Shown: positions 10,716 through 20,233, counted from the stretch's first letter. The stretch: 46,582 bases of DNA from an uncultured Gammaproteobacteria bacterium (GCA_963764725.1 CAVXTM010000006.1:1-46582), one strand, 5' to 3'. Numbers and translations: made by a program. The notes: generated by a model not told the origin, from the sequence alone.

Positions 10716-11324
10716 ATGGTGAGGCTCACGCGGCGGCAACAGGAGATCTACGACTACCTCCAGGAACAGGCGGACGACTTTCCCCATCCGCCGACCTTGG
10801 ATGAGTTGTGTCGCGCACTGAAGCTCAGTTCCCGTGGGTCCTTGCATCGCCATATTCAGGCCTTGGTGGATGCGGGACTCGTCGAACCGATGGATCACAA
10901 GCAGCGCGGTGTCCGGCTGGTTAGCCAGCACAGTGAGGCGGGAGCGGAGCCATTGCCGCTGCTTGGAACGATAGCGGCCGGGCGTCCGATTGAAGCGGTC
11001 TCTGATGAGGAGACGGTGGAAGTGCCTATCAGTTTACGCACGCGCCGGCCGTGCTACGTACTGCGGGTCAAGGGGGATTCGATGGTGGAGGAGGGGATCT
11101 TCGATGGGGATCAGATCATCGTCGAACATCGCGAGGAGGCTCGCAACGGCGAAATTGTCGTCGCGCTCATCGACGGCCATGAGACAACGCTGAAGCGGAT
11201 CGAACAACATCGGGGCCGCATCATCTTGCATCCTGCGAACGCCACCTATGCGCCGATGGAATTTGCACCTGACCGCGTTAGTATCCAAGGTGTCGTTGTC
11301 GGATTGATGCGCTCCTACCGTTGA
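10716..11324 (+). CDS. lexA: LexA repressor
   Basis: LTRRQQEI...PPTLDEL winged HTH; intact IAAG cleavage site, GDSM serine and TLKR lysine; AGGA before the ATG at 10716. Confidence 0.93.
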   Translation: MVRLTRRQQEIYDYLQEQADDFPHPPTLDELCRALKLSSRGSLHRHIQALVDAGLVEPMDHKQRGVRLVSQHSEAGAEPLPLLGTIAAGRPIEAVSDEETVEVPISLRTRRPCYVLRVKGDSMVEEGIFDGDQIIVEHREEARNGEIVVALIDGHETTLKRIEQHRGRIILHPANATYAPMEFAPDRVSIQGVVVGLMRSYR

Positions 11325-11423
11325 ATAGTCAAGAGACGCTTGCTGCACGAATGCGTGAATCACTAAGAGGGGGCAGCAAGTCCTAACTATGAAAACCTAT
11401 CGCAAAGAATTCTGGTTCAACCT

Positions 11424-11443
11424 TCCGACTCGGGTCGGATTTT
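11424..11443 (+). terminator. Possible intrinsic terminator between converging lexA and oxidoreductase genes
   Basis: TCCGAC-tcgg-GTCGGA followed by TTTT. Confidence 0.45.
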
Positions 11444-12458
11444 ATGGCTTCAGCACCACCTTCCCCACGTTCTTCCTCGCCTCGATGTAGGCCTGCGCCT
11501 CGCCGCACTGTGCGAAGCTAAAGACCTTGTCCACGTGGGGGCGTACCCAGCCGTCCCTGACACCCTGCAGCAGCGTGTCCATCCACAGGCGAATTTTTGC
11601 AGTCTCGTGCCACAGGTGGCCCAGGTTCACGCCGAAGGCCGACTTGTTGTTGTTCATGAGCGAGATCGCATGGAAAAACGGCATGCCGAACGCTACCGGC
11701 AGCAGTCGCAGCGGCCCGAACAGGCCGGATTCCGTTGCGACGGAGATGCCGAACATTCCCAGCCGTCCGGTGCTGCGCAGCGCCTTCCAGCTCTTCTTCC
11801 AGTGCTTGCCGCCGAGCGGATCGGTGATGAGTTCCACGCCGCGCCCGTCGGTCAGCTTGTCGAGTTCCACCGACCAGTCCCGCGTGCGGTAATCAATGGC
11901 CTCGTGAAGCCCGCGTTCCTTGAGGAAGGCGTGTTTGCTGCTGCTGGCAGTTCCGATGATGCGGGCGCCGATATGGCGGGCGATGTCAATCGCCGCGAGT
12001 CCTACGCCGCCACCGACGTTGTGGACAAGAACAGTTTCGTCCTTGCTGAGCGAGCCCATCACGACCAGCAGTTGCCAGGCGGTGAGGTAGTTCACCGGGA
12101 TCGCGGCGCATTGCTCATGACGGAGCGAAGCAGGGCGCTCGAATACCTGGCCGACCGGAACAACAACGACATCCGAATAGCCGCCAAAGCGCGTCAGCGC
12201 AAACACATCCTTGCCGACCCAGGCCTGGTTGACTCCCTGACCCACCCCATCCACCGTGCCGGAGACTTCATACCCCACGACGCAGGGAATCTTCGGTGAA
12301 TCGGGATAAAGCCCCTGGCGCGCCAGGATGTCGGCGAAGTTGATGCCGCTCGCCTTCACGCGAATGCGCAGTGCGCCGTCGCCGGGTGTCGGATCCGGCG
12401 ATTCCTGGATTTTCAGCTTCTCGGGTCCGCCGTGGTCTGTGATGACGATCTGTTTCAT
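11442..12458 (-). CDS. MDR-family NAD(P)H:quinone oxidoreductase (VAT-1-like)
   Basis: GINFADILARQGLY, GYEVSG, VLVHNVGGGVG, RKNVGKVVL. Confidence 0.88.
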   Translation of the reverse strand: MKQIVITDHGGPEKLKIQESPDPTPGDGALRIRVKASGINFADILARQGLYPDSPKIPCVVGYEVSGTVDGVGQGVNQAWVGKDVFALTRFGGYSDVVVVPVGQVFERPASLRHEQCAAIPVNYLTAWQLLVVMGSLSKDETVLVHNVGGGVGLAAIDIARHIGARIIGTASSSKHAFLKERGLHEAIDYRTRDWSVELDKLTDGRGVELITDPLGGKHWKKSWKALRSTGRLGMFGISVATESGLFGPLRLLPVAFGMPFFHAISLMNNNKSAFGVNLGHLWHETAKIRLWMDTLLQGVRDGWVRPHVDKVFSFAQCGEAQAYIEARKNVGKVVLKP

Positions 12459-12606
12459 GACCTATCTCCTTCATGCGCCGGGCTGAAATCCGTAGGTTCG
12501 AACAACCGGCGCGATGCAGATAGGTGACCGCGTCAAGATCATTGGCGGTATTGTCGAACCTCCAGTCTGAGCCCCGACCGCATCGTGCCGATAAGTCCCG
12601 CACGCC

Positions 12607-13119
12607 CTACTGCTGCGGCGCGCCCAGATAGTCTGTCTTTCCCAGCTCCACACCATTGTGGCGAAGGATGTTGTAGGCCGTAGTGACGTGGAAATGGAAG
12701 TTGGGCAGCACGAAGTCCAACAGGTAAGCCTGGCCCTTGAAGTTGAGTGTGCCGCGGGGCGTACTCAGCATGATGGGCTTTTCCTCCGAGCCATCGATCT
12801 GATCGGGCTTGAAGGTCTTGAGAAACGCGATCGTCTTGTCGATGCGCGCATACAGTTCCGGAAACGTGGATTCGGTGTCCTCGTACTTGGGCGGATCGAT
12901 GCCGGCCAGTCGCGACGGACATCCCTTGGCATTGTCTGTGGCGATCTGAACCTGCCGCGACAGCGGGAACATGTCCGGATACAGCCGGCTGTTGATCAGC
13001 ACGGCGGGATCGAACTTCTTCGCCTCGGCATGTGCGGCGCCCTTTTCCAGGATCCCCTTCAGGTTGTCGAGCATTCGGATGAAGGCAGGCACCGAGGCCT
13101 GGTACATCGAGATGGTCAT
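12607..13119 (-). CDS. DUF1993 (DinB-superfamily helical bundle) protein
   Basis: SRLYPDMFPLSRQVQIATD, LPNFHFHVTTAYNILRHNGVELGKTDYLG. Confidence 0.9.
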   Translation of the reverse strand: MTISMYQASVPAFIRMLDNLKGILEKGAAHAEAKKFDPAVLINSRLYPDMFPLSRQVQIATDNAKGCPSRLAGIDPPKYEDTESTFPELYARIDKTIAFLKTFKPDQIDGSEEKPIMLSTPRGTLNFKGQAYLLDFVLPNFHFHVTTAYNILRHNGVELGKTDYLGAPQQ

Positions 13120-13564
13120 GAGCTTTCTCCCGTGGGTCTTCGCTTACATCCAGGGTATCGCGCGATCGATCCAGGCCGGAGAATTCAAGCTTCCGGCGCT
13201 TTCTGTGGCCGACGATACTGACGCGCGCGACGCATTGCTCCGCATCCGCGGCGTCGGACCACCTCCTTGGCTCCAGTAGCCACAACCCCAGGGTATAGTA
13301 GTGTACCCGAAAAACTCTGGTCATCGATGCCACCTCGCTCTCACCATGGTGGATTTGCGACATGGAATCCCGAGCTTACGGAGTTCCCCGAAGATACGCG
13401 GGACTCGCCACCCGAAGACGGAGCCTGAGAGTTTTCGGATAAGGTTTTGAACCTCCTGAGCAGCGGGTCGACGTTCTGGCCCTCGGTGCTTGCTAAGCGC
13501 CGCCCTATAGTCACGGAATCCTGTCGTGTTGCATGGTGTTCATTAACAAAATCGTGGGCTAGCG

Positions 13565-14113
13565 TCAGGCGCCGGAGTTTGTCGCCAACGTCATCTGCTG
13601 CGGTCGGATGCTCGGTTCGAAGACCTCCCTGACCTTCGCCTCGAACCACCGAAACGAAGGGTGCTGTTTCGAATAAAACAGATGCGTCGTCCGGCTGCGG
13701 CGGTAATCCGATGCACCGAAGCGCGCGATCGGGGTCTGAAACCTCGCCGAATGCTGAAGCATTTCAGCCCACTCCTGCTCCAGTTTGCGGTCGGAGAGGG
13801 CATACCATACCTCGATGGGCGTGGTGAAACCGAGCAAATAGTCGATGTGCCAGTGGGGCTCGCCAACGGATGCAAGATGATGGCTGAGGCGAGCTCGAAT
13901 GCCGCCATGGCCGCAGGCGCTTCCGAGGTACCCGTAAAATCCCGGGATAAACGTGAACCTCCCCAACCGGCCGATGACGAGCCGCTGAGTCTTCTTAACC
14001 GAAAGGACCAAGACGTAAACACCCTTGCTTTCGGGCATTTCGATCATCGCGTTCTTGAGGTCTATGAATCCCTCCGGCGTCCCAGCGATAGACTCTATGC
14101 GCATCGATATCAT
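13565..14113 (-). CDS. GIY-YIG nuclease (DUF123 family)
   Basis: KGVYVL...IGRLG...GFYGYLGSA, RLSHH, HWHIDYLL, FGASD, THLF. True start probably at 14047 or later. Confidence 0.8.
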   Translation of the reverse strand: MISMRIESIAGTPEGFIDLKNAMIEMPESKGVYVLVLSVKKTQRLVIGRLGRFTFIPGFYGYLGSACGHGGIRARLSHHLASVGEPHWHIDYLLGFTTPIEVWYALSDRKLEQEWAEMLQHSARFQTPIARFGASDYRRSRTTHLFYSKQHPSFRWFEAKVREVFEPSIRPQQMTLATNSGA

Positions 14114-14308
14114 GGCGATGTCCGCAGCACCTTACCGGTGAACGATCGGGGTGCGCTTTAGGCACCAAAACGTCGCTGCCCGCAGCGCTTATATTAATCA
14201 AAAAAATATTCCCTGCGGAGAGGCATCCCGTCGGTGAACAGATGGCTTCACACTGGCACACCTTCGGCGCTTGCATGAAGTATTAAAACTGGCCCGCTGC
14301 CACCGCCA

Positions 14309-14968
14309 TCAGCTGGGGAACGCCGGTGAGGGACCAGTAGGCCCCTCGCCTGCGATCGTGGTGAGGGCCTCAAGACGCCGCTCTACGGGGGAGACTACCG
14401 GGGCAGCGACAACATCTTCCCCCTCGTCGATGGATTCCTGCAGGCTTTGGAGTAACACCTGCGCAACCCGCCCGACATGCTCATGGTGATGACGTTTAGC
14501 GCGCTCGAGGAACTCCATATAGCCGGGGTCGAGGTAGAGGGTGGCCGCGAGTGGCAACGGCTCGTCATGCAATGCATAGATATTGCCGCGATTGCGGCCC
14601 TGGTCTCGCACCCGCCGGCAGAGGGTCACCCAACGGGTCATGCGCAAGATGGCGAGTGACCGGGACAAAGTTGCGCGGGATTGAATGTTCGAGCGCTGTA
14701 GAAGATAGTCATAGGAGGGGAAGGCGGTCGATCCGCGCCCTTGTTGCTTGGCCCAGATCCATAGCACGGCAAACACACGCGAATCGACCGGTTCGAGCAC
14801 CGGATCCAAGTGCACCAGCGCCGGCATGGCTTCATGCCACGCGCTTAAGAACAGTAGTCCGTGCTGAGACGGGCCCGCCGGACCCCGGAGTAATTGTTCC
14901 ACGCTGGCCTCGATATAGGCTTCGAGGGCGCGGGTGGTGGGATCGATAGTGTGGGGATCGGGGATCAC
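14309..14968 (-). pseudogene. STY4528-family ICE replication/HTH protein, probably C-terminally truncated
   Basis: LDPVLEPVD, TAFPSYD, SRATLSRSLAILRMTRWVTL, GNIYALHDEP; follows parB-DUF2857 as in PFGI-1-class ICEs. 219 aa is shorter than I recall for the family. Confidence 0.75.
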
Positions 14969-15034
14969 GGCTCGCGTGCTAATGCTTTTCAGATGATGGC
15001 GATTCGGCTGGCTCCGTGACCCTGGTCGCTGGGC

Positions 15035-15637
15035 CTATCGACTTTGGTCCCCTGCAAGCTTGTGGAATTCAGCCGTCACGGACGGGCCGGCCGCCAGCAG
15101 CCGCTGCATGGCACCCCAGACCGTGCGCGCCGACAGCCCGGTCGTCTTACAGACGGTGAGGTAGTCTTCAGGGCTGAGTGTGTGGTCTTCTGGTTTCTGC
15201 AGGGATTCATAGGCTTGCCACACCGCCGCTTCCTCGTCTTCGCGGGGCGCGGCGGGACGGCCGCTATGTCGCCGGACCTGAAGTCGCCATCCGCGTGCGG
15301 CGTATTCACCTGCATCCATGCCGAAGAGCGCTTGCATCAGAGGAAAAGGCGCATCCAGCGTCAGCAGGTCATCGCGCACCGAGGTGCTCTGACGTAGATC
15401 GCGGACCCGCTTGATCAGCCGGTGCATAAGATCGCGGTCGATGGAGGCTTTACACAGCAGTGCGAAGTGTACCGAGCTCAGATGATCGATATCGGTAAGC
15501 TGGAGGGACTCGATCGCTTCGGCGTCTTTGCGGTCCAAGCCCAAATAAGCCAGCGTTTGATCATCGCCCTCGGCCACGCATTTGGCGAGGAAGTGCAGGA
15601 TGGCCGTGTTGAGCTCGGCCTCTTTACGGATGCGCAT
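15035..15637 (-). CDS. DUF2857 (STY4526-like) ICE regulatory protein
   Basis: LNTAIL...GD...LGL; LLTLDAPFPLMQALFGM...GRP...VWQ; position between parB and STY4528. Confidence 0.75.
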   Translation of the reverse strand: MRIRKEAELNTAILHFLAKCVAEGDDQTLAYLGLDRKDAEAIESLQLTDIDHLSSVHFALLCKASIDRDLMHRLIKRVRDLRQSTSVRDDLLTLDAPFPLMQALFGMDAGEYAARGWRLQVRRHSGRPAAPREDEEAAVWQAYESLQKPEDHTLSPEDYLTVCKTTGLSARTVWGAMQRLLAAGPSVTAEFHKLAGDQSR

Positions 15638-16332
15638 AGCTCATCTCCCCCTCACGTTTTGCACAGTTTCAAACCTCCCAGACGATGCGCTTGCCCAAGC
15701 GGCCGCAGTGGGTTTGGAGCGCGCGCCGTGCGTCGATAAGCTGGATGAGCCGCGTGTAGTCGTGCTCATCGAGAACGGCAAAGAGTTGCCGCGCGGCGAG
15801 ATCGAGCGAGGGCGGAAAACTCACCCTCGGCATAAGGGTCTCGGTGGCGGTGCGTTCGTCGCCCTCGGATACGGCCCGGATAGCCGGATAGATGCTCGCG
15901 TCTTCCAGGTAATCGAGCGCCGGTGCTTGATCGATGCCGTAAGGCCATTCGTCCGAGAGCGCGGCGAGCATCCACCAGAGCGTCACCCGCTGGGCTTCCT
16001 CGGCGGACGCCGGGTGCTCGCCGATATACAACGGCTGATCCGGCAGATCCATAATGAACCCGCATCCTTTCGGACAGAGACAGACGCAGTTGCTCAATCC
16101 ATGGCGTTGTGCGAGCTGCGTCGCCAACGTCCACATTCGGCCGCGCAGGCTTTTCACATCCTGGGGGCGGTCGTTGTTCTTGCGGACTGCAACCAAGGGC
16201 GGCGCACCAGAACGCGTGAGTGGTGGCTGCTCGGCATCTTCGTTGCCCCGCTCGCCGTCGTGCCCGAACGCTTCGTCGAAGGCGCGGTGGTCTGGAAACG
16301 CCTCTAGGTCCGGCTCACCGCTGTCACCCACT

Positions 16333-17941
16333 GGGTGTAGGTCTGTCACTGACACATTAATGTACCGTCCGCTTTTGAAACAGCACGACGTTTTCCGGGA
16401 TCTCGATGGTACGTTTGTAGGTGGCGGATAATAGTTTCCAGGCTCGTTCGAAGCGCTCGCTTTGATGCAGGGCACGGAAAGTCAAGATGGCCTGGCCACC
16501 GCGATGGCGCCAACGCATCCCGGAGCGTTTCATTCGCTGGGTCGCCAGCGTTTTGCAGGCGGCCTCCACCACACCCGAGCCAATGGGGAGGTTCTGCACT
16601 TGGGCTTCGGCATAGTGCATCCGGGGGCGGTGGCGGCGGAAATAAGCCAGCTCGGTGGCCAGCTTCTTTTTACGCGGCTGGCTGTCTCTGAGATGAGTCA
16701 GTGCCCGGATGATCTTCTCGACGCCCGCCGGCCCATCGCGCAACATATAGCGGTACTTCTCGAACTGGGCTTTCGACTTCGAACTGTTCTCACCGTAGGC
16801 CGTATCGAAAGCCTCCTTGAGATGCTCACAGACATGATAGAAATCGATAAGCTCGACCCCCGGCGGGAGTGTGGCGCGGAGGTAGGTCCAGTTATCACGC
16901 GCCCCATCGGCGAGCTTGACCAAGCCGAGATCGGGCCGTTGCCTGAGTGCGGCTTCTATCTCCTGGGTCAGCATCGTCTTCAAGCCCGCCTTGTGCCGCT
17001 CAGGCATCCGTGCCATCCGCACCGTGGATAGTCGATTGCCTTCCGCGTCATAGTAGGTCAACGTACCGCAGCCCACTTCCGAATACCCCGCCGGGCCGCA
17101 CGTGCGCTTATCTTGTGCCTGGGACTCCTCGCGTTTCTGTGCACGCGCCCCGTCTTTCATCGGCACCATCACCCCATCGAGGGAGACGGCCAGGGTGACC
17201 GCCTCCGTCGGCATCTGTGCCTTTGCACGCAGCTCAGCTTCATAATGGCTCCGCTTCGCCTCCCAGCGTGCGCTCAGTTGCTTGGGCAGCCGGTCAAGGC
17301 TCGATTTCGAAGGTGTCATGTTCCCTAGCTCCTGAAACAGATCCTCGCCTTCTTGCGGCGTCAGATGCGCAACCACAAAAGCCACCTGCCGGGCCGCGAG
17401 CGGCGTCCAGCGCCCCTCCACAATACCCGCCCGCAACTCCAGCGGACACAGCGTGCGCTCTTCACCTCGTCCACGCCGATATAAGCTCCGCATCACCTGA
17501 ACTGGGCCCGCCGCACTCACATAGGTCTCCTCGCAGCGCACCACCCGTCGGTATAACTCACCCTCAACCGTTACCGCCGGCAGATCCACATCCAACCGTG
17601 CTAACTCCTCGGCCAATACCTCACGCTCGGCCGCCACAAAATACTCATGCAGCTCGCGCTCAAAACCCTCCATCTCATCGACCGCTTCAGTCGATAAGCG
17701 CCGCCGTGCTAAAAATGCCTGCAGACGATCAAAGGCGCTCTCAACACTAGCGTACCCAGCCTGTTCATGTAAAACTCTCATCGGGGCAGTCCTCCGGATT
17801 TTGGTTTGTTCGACAACTCCCTATTATCTGTGAGATGTCCTGCCCCTTCATCTCATCCACCCACCAAACAAAAGTGTCATATTACAGACCCAGTGACCGC
17901 CTAACTCCTTGATTCATCAATCAGTGCTCGAATCTACTCCC
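16333..17941 (-). mobile_element. ISKra4/IS256-like insertion sequence (1609 bp)
   Basis: Ends GGGTGTAGGTCTGTCACTGA and (reverse complement) GGGAGTAGATTCGAGCACTGA. 8-bp target duplication CACCCACT at 16325-16332 and 17942-17949. Confidence 0.9.
16357..17781 (-). CDS. ISKra4-family DDE transposase
   Basis: VSLDG, LADGA, IDFYHVCEHL, LPIGSGVVEAACK, RMKRSGMRW. Confidence 0.92.
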   Translation of the reverse strand: MRVLHEQAGYASVESAFDRLQAFLARRRLSTEAVDEMEGFERELHEYFVAAEREVLAEELARLDVDLPAVTVEGELYRRVVRCEETYVSAAGPVQVMRSLYRRGRGEERTLCPLELRAGIVEGRWTPLAARQVAFVVAHLTPQEGEDLFQELGNMTPSKSSLDRLPKQLSARWEAKRSHYEAELRAKAQMPTEAVTLAVSLDGVMVPMKDGARAQKREESQAQDKRTCGPAGYSEVGCGTLTYYDAEGNRLSTVRMARMPERHKAGLKTMLTQEIEAALRQRPDLGLVKLADGARDNWTYLRATLPPGVELIDFYHVCEHLKEAFDTAYGENSSKSKAQFEKYRYMLRDGPAGVEKIIRALTHLRDSQPRKKKLATELAYFRRHRPRMHYAEAQVQNLPIGSGVVEAACKTLATQRMKRSGMRWRHRGGQAILTFRALHQSERFERAWKLLSATYKRTIEIPENVVLFQKRTVH

Positions 17942-19139
17942 CACCCACTTCAGTGTTTGTGTCCGATACAACAGCAGAACGGGAGCGGCCAGCCGTAGTT
18001 CCAGGGACACGCTCCGATGGCTCTGGGCTCGTGTCTGTGGTCTGGCCCGGGATAGCAAGGGGCGCCGATACTTCGCGCTCGCGGAGCTTGAATGGTTCGG
18101 GCGGCGGCGCGTCGTGACCCGGTCGGCCGGTCGCTTCAATGAAACCAAAGTCGGCGCGCACCTTGGCCACCGATTCGTCACAGAGCTCGGCCGCGCGGGT
18201 CTCGATCTCACGTTGGATCGGCTCCAATGTCAGGGCCAAGTTTGCGCCGTCGTAACGCGCGAGGCAGCCGAGAAACCACCGCCGGGCCTCGTCCACTGCG
18301 CTTCCCTCCAGTTTGCGGTTCTTGAGGAAGGCAACCAAGATATTTTCCAGCGTGCGGATGCGTTCAACCTGCGATAACCCAAGTCCCGCACGGAATGCCA
18401 CCGGGATGCAGGGAAAGAGCGTCTCGATGGCATAGTCCATCTTGGCGAAAGATGCGTGGTCAACGGGATAGCCTCGTGCGCGCAACCGCGTGGCCAGATC
18501 CCGATTACTCAAGGGTGTACCCGTTTCTTGCTCGAGTAATATGCGCAACTCGTGCGCCGCTCGCGCTCGGTCGATGAAGATGAGCTCGCCGCGGCTGTCG
18601 TTCTCGACGAGATGCGCGATCAGGGTCTCACTCTCGCTGACCCAGGGTTCGAACAGGCATTGGAGGGTATGGAACTCGGGAGCCTTCGTTTCTTCGTGCA
18701 ATTCCTTCACGATGCGCAGCACGGTATTGCCGCCTTCAGCGACCATATAGATGTCTTCGCCTGGGCGACGTGTGATCGGCAGTGATCCGCGGAAACCGCG
18801 CTGGCGTATCGACAGCTTGATCAGGTCGTAGGCCTCGTTACGCTCGCGACGCGGATTACGGTCGTATTCCTTGATCTGGTCGATGGCCACCCGCATCGGG
18901 GTTGGTTCAATGGGATCGACGGGTTTGAGTTCGCGCGCCGGACCGAAATGCGTCTGCTGTATGAGCGTGTCGCCTTCTTCTACGCTCTCAGTGGTTCGCT
19001 TCGTCATACCGCCACTGTCCTCGCGGTATACACATCCGTCAGCGAGCGGAGGTGGCCGTTGAGAAGGCACAAAATATCCGCAATTCTCTCGGGTCCGGCT
19101 GCCGCTCCGTGCGAGATTTCAGGCCCCGTGATCATCCGT

Positions 19140-19421
19140 CTAGCTGGCTCGCCCCAGCCTGTCAAAGCGCGGGGTTTGGCGAATGTTGGTGGCGGGATCT
19201 GTATCGGTTCTGTAGAGTGGTTCGGGACCGAAGACATCGGGCCGCAGGTCGTAGCGGCTCACTCTACCCCGGGTGGCCTGCTCTACGGAAAGGCAGCGCG
19301 CCGCGGGGACGCGGCCCTTGACGGTCCACTGCTGTACGGCTTGGGGTCGAATCCCTACGCGGCGAGCGAGCGCCGCCTGACTCCCCAGCAGCTCTATGGC
19401 TATACGTAAAGCGGTAGTCAT
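19140..19421 (-). CDS. Cro/YdaS-like HTH regulator
   Basis: GSQAALARRVGIRPQAVQQW...GRVP...VEQATRGRVSRYDLRPDVFG; divergent from a CI-like gene. Confidence 0.9.
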   Translation of the reverse strand: MTTALRIAIELLGSQAALARRVGIRPQAVQQWTVKGRVPAARCLSVEQATRGRVSRYDLRPDVFGPEPLYRTDTDPATNIRQTPRFDRLGRAS

Positions 19422-19429
19422 GGCATGAC

Positions 19430-19499
19430 TTATTTACAAGTTTCAGCTTTATAAGTCAAGAGATTCTTGTGTATAATGCAGAAAACAAGCACCACTTGT
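19430..19499. promoter_or_regulatory. cro/cI divergent promoter-operator region with CAAG-N5-CTTG sites
   Basis: CAAGagattCTTG (19457-19469) overlaps a leftward TTGACT -35. ACAAGcaccaCTTGT at 19485-19499. TATAAT at 19472-19477. Confidence 0.7.
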
Positions 19500-19510
19500 A
19501 TAGTGACTTC

Positions 19511-20233
19511 GTGACTATCGGAAAGAGAATCGCCGCGGCGCGGGCCCGAAAAGGTTGGACCCAATCCGATCTCGCGCGCCAAATCGGGATCAAACCTCAG
19601 TCGGTGCAACTCTGGGAAGCCGATGCAACGGCCCCGAGCAGGAAGAGAATTGAGACTGTCGCGGAATTACTTGATACGACCCCCGAAGAATTGTTGTTCG
19701 ATGTGCCTCCTTCCCGAGGGCGCCCTCGGCGTGGCAAACCGTTCATCGGTGACCGAGACAATGTGGTGGTCTCCGCCTACGGTGATCAAATAGTGCCCGT
19801 CTGCGATTACCAGCAAGCCGCAGAGTGGACCGCTAGCGACGAACCTTACCCGGTTACCGCGAGAACTGAAAACGTTTGGACGAATATCGAGAACCTGAGC
19901 GACCGTTCCTTCGGCCTAGTTATCGAGGGCGAGAGCATGCTCGAGGAGTTCTACCCCGGGGATATCGTGATCCTCGATCCAGAACTGCCGCGTCAACCCG
20001 GAGACTTTGTCGCCGCCAAGTTTGATAAAGAAGAGAAAATCACCTTCAGGAAATACCGTCCCCGGGGATTCGACAACAAAGGTAAACCGGTCATAGAACT
20101 AGCACCTATGAATGACGACTACCCGATGCTTGTGATCGATCAGCGAAACCCCGGTCGGGTGATCGCTACGATGGTTGAGCATCGCAAGTATCGACGCCGG
20201 AATCGCGTAACTACTCTAAAGAAACGTGAGTAA
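19511..20233 (+). CDS. CI-like repressor (XRE HTH + S24 domain) with degenerate autocleavage residues
   Basis: IGKRIAAAR...TQSDLARQIGIKPQSVQLWE HTH; IEGESM; QAAEW and TFRKY where QAG and TFKK are expected. GTG start inferred. Confidence 0.9.
   Translation: MTIGKRIAAARARKGWTQSDLARQIGIKPQSVQLWEADATAPSRKRIETVAELLDTTPEELLFDVPPSRGRPRRGKPFIGDRDNVVVSAYGDQIVPVCDYQQAAEWTASDEPYPVTARTENVWTNIENLSDRSFGLVIEGESMLEEFYPGDIVILDPELPRQPGDFVAAKFDKEEKITFRKYRPRGFDNKGKPVIELAPMNDDYPMLVIDQRNPGRVIATMVEHRKYRRRNRVTTLKKRE

Larger units (their letters stand above)
15669..19007 (-). pseudogene. PFGI-1-class ICE ParB-family protein interrupted by an IS
   Basis: YDRNPR, LPITRRPGE..YMVAEGGNT, AHLVENDSRGELIFIDRA. Removing 16333-17941 plus one TSD copy gives ...DTNTEVG|DSGEPDLE... 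in frame, 573 aa. Confidence 0.9.

Noticed and set aside
10647-10931. 95-aa N-terminal extension of the helicase ORF (8385..10931)
   Set aside because: It is antisense to the lexA HTH region and crosses the operator; helicase-like sequence starts at 10646.
11527-13363. Long antisense or alternate-frame ORFs (e.g. 11535..12299, 12539..13363, also 2651..3268, 15582..16307, 35568..36188)
   Set aside because: They are shadow ORFs typical of high-GC coding DNA, have no recognisable motifs, and overlap well-supported genes.
13398-13416. GCGGGACTCGCCACCCGA as a degenerate second att copy of the tRNA T-arm
   Set aside because: Only about 8 contiguous matches and no acceptor-stem/CCA part; expected by chance in GC-rich DNA.
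17874-17897. Alternative IS end (GTGTCATATTACAGACC, inverted match to 16340-16355)
   Set aside because: No flanking target duplication; the 16333/17941 ends give a perfect 8-bp TSD and restore the parB frame.
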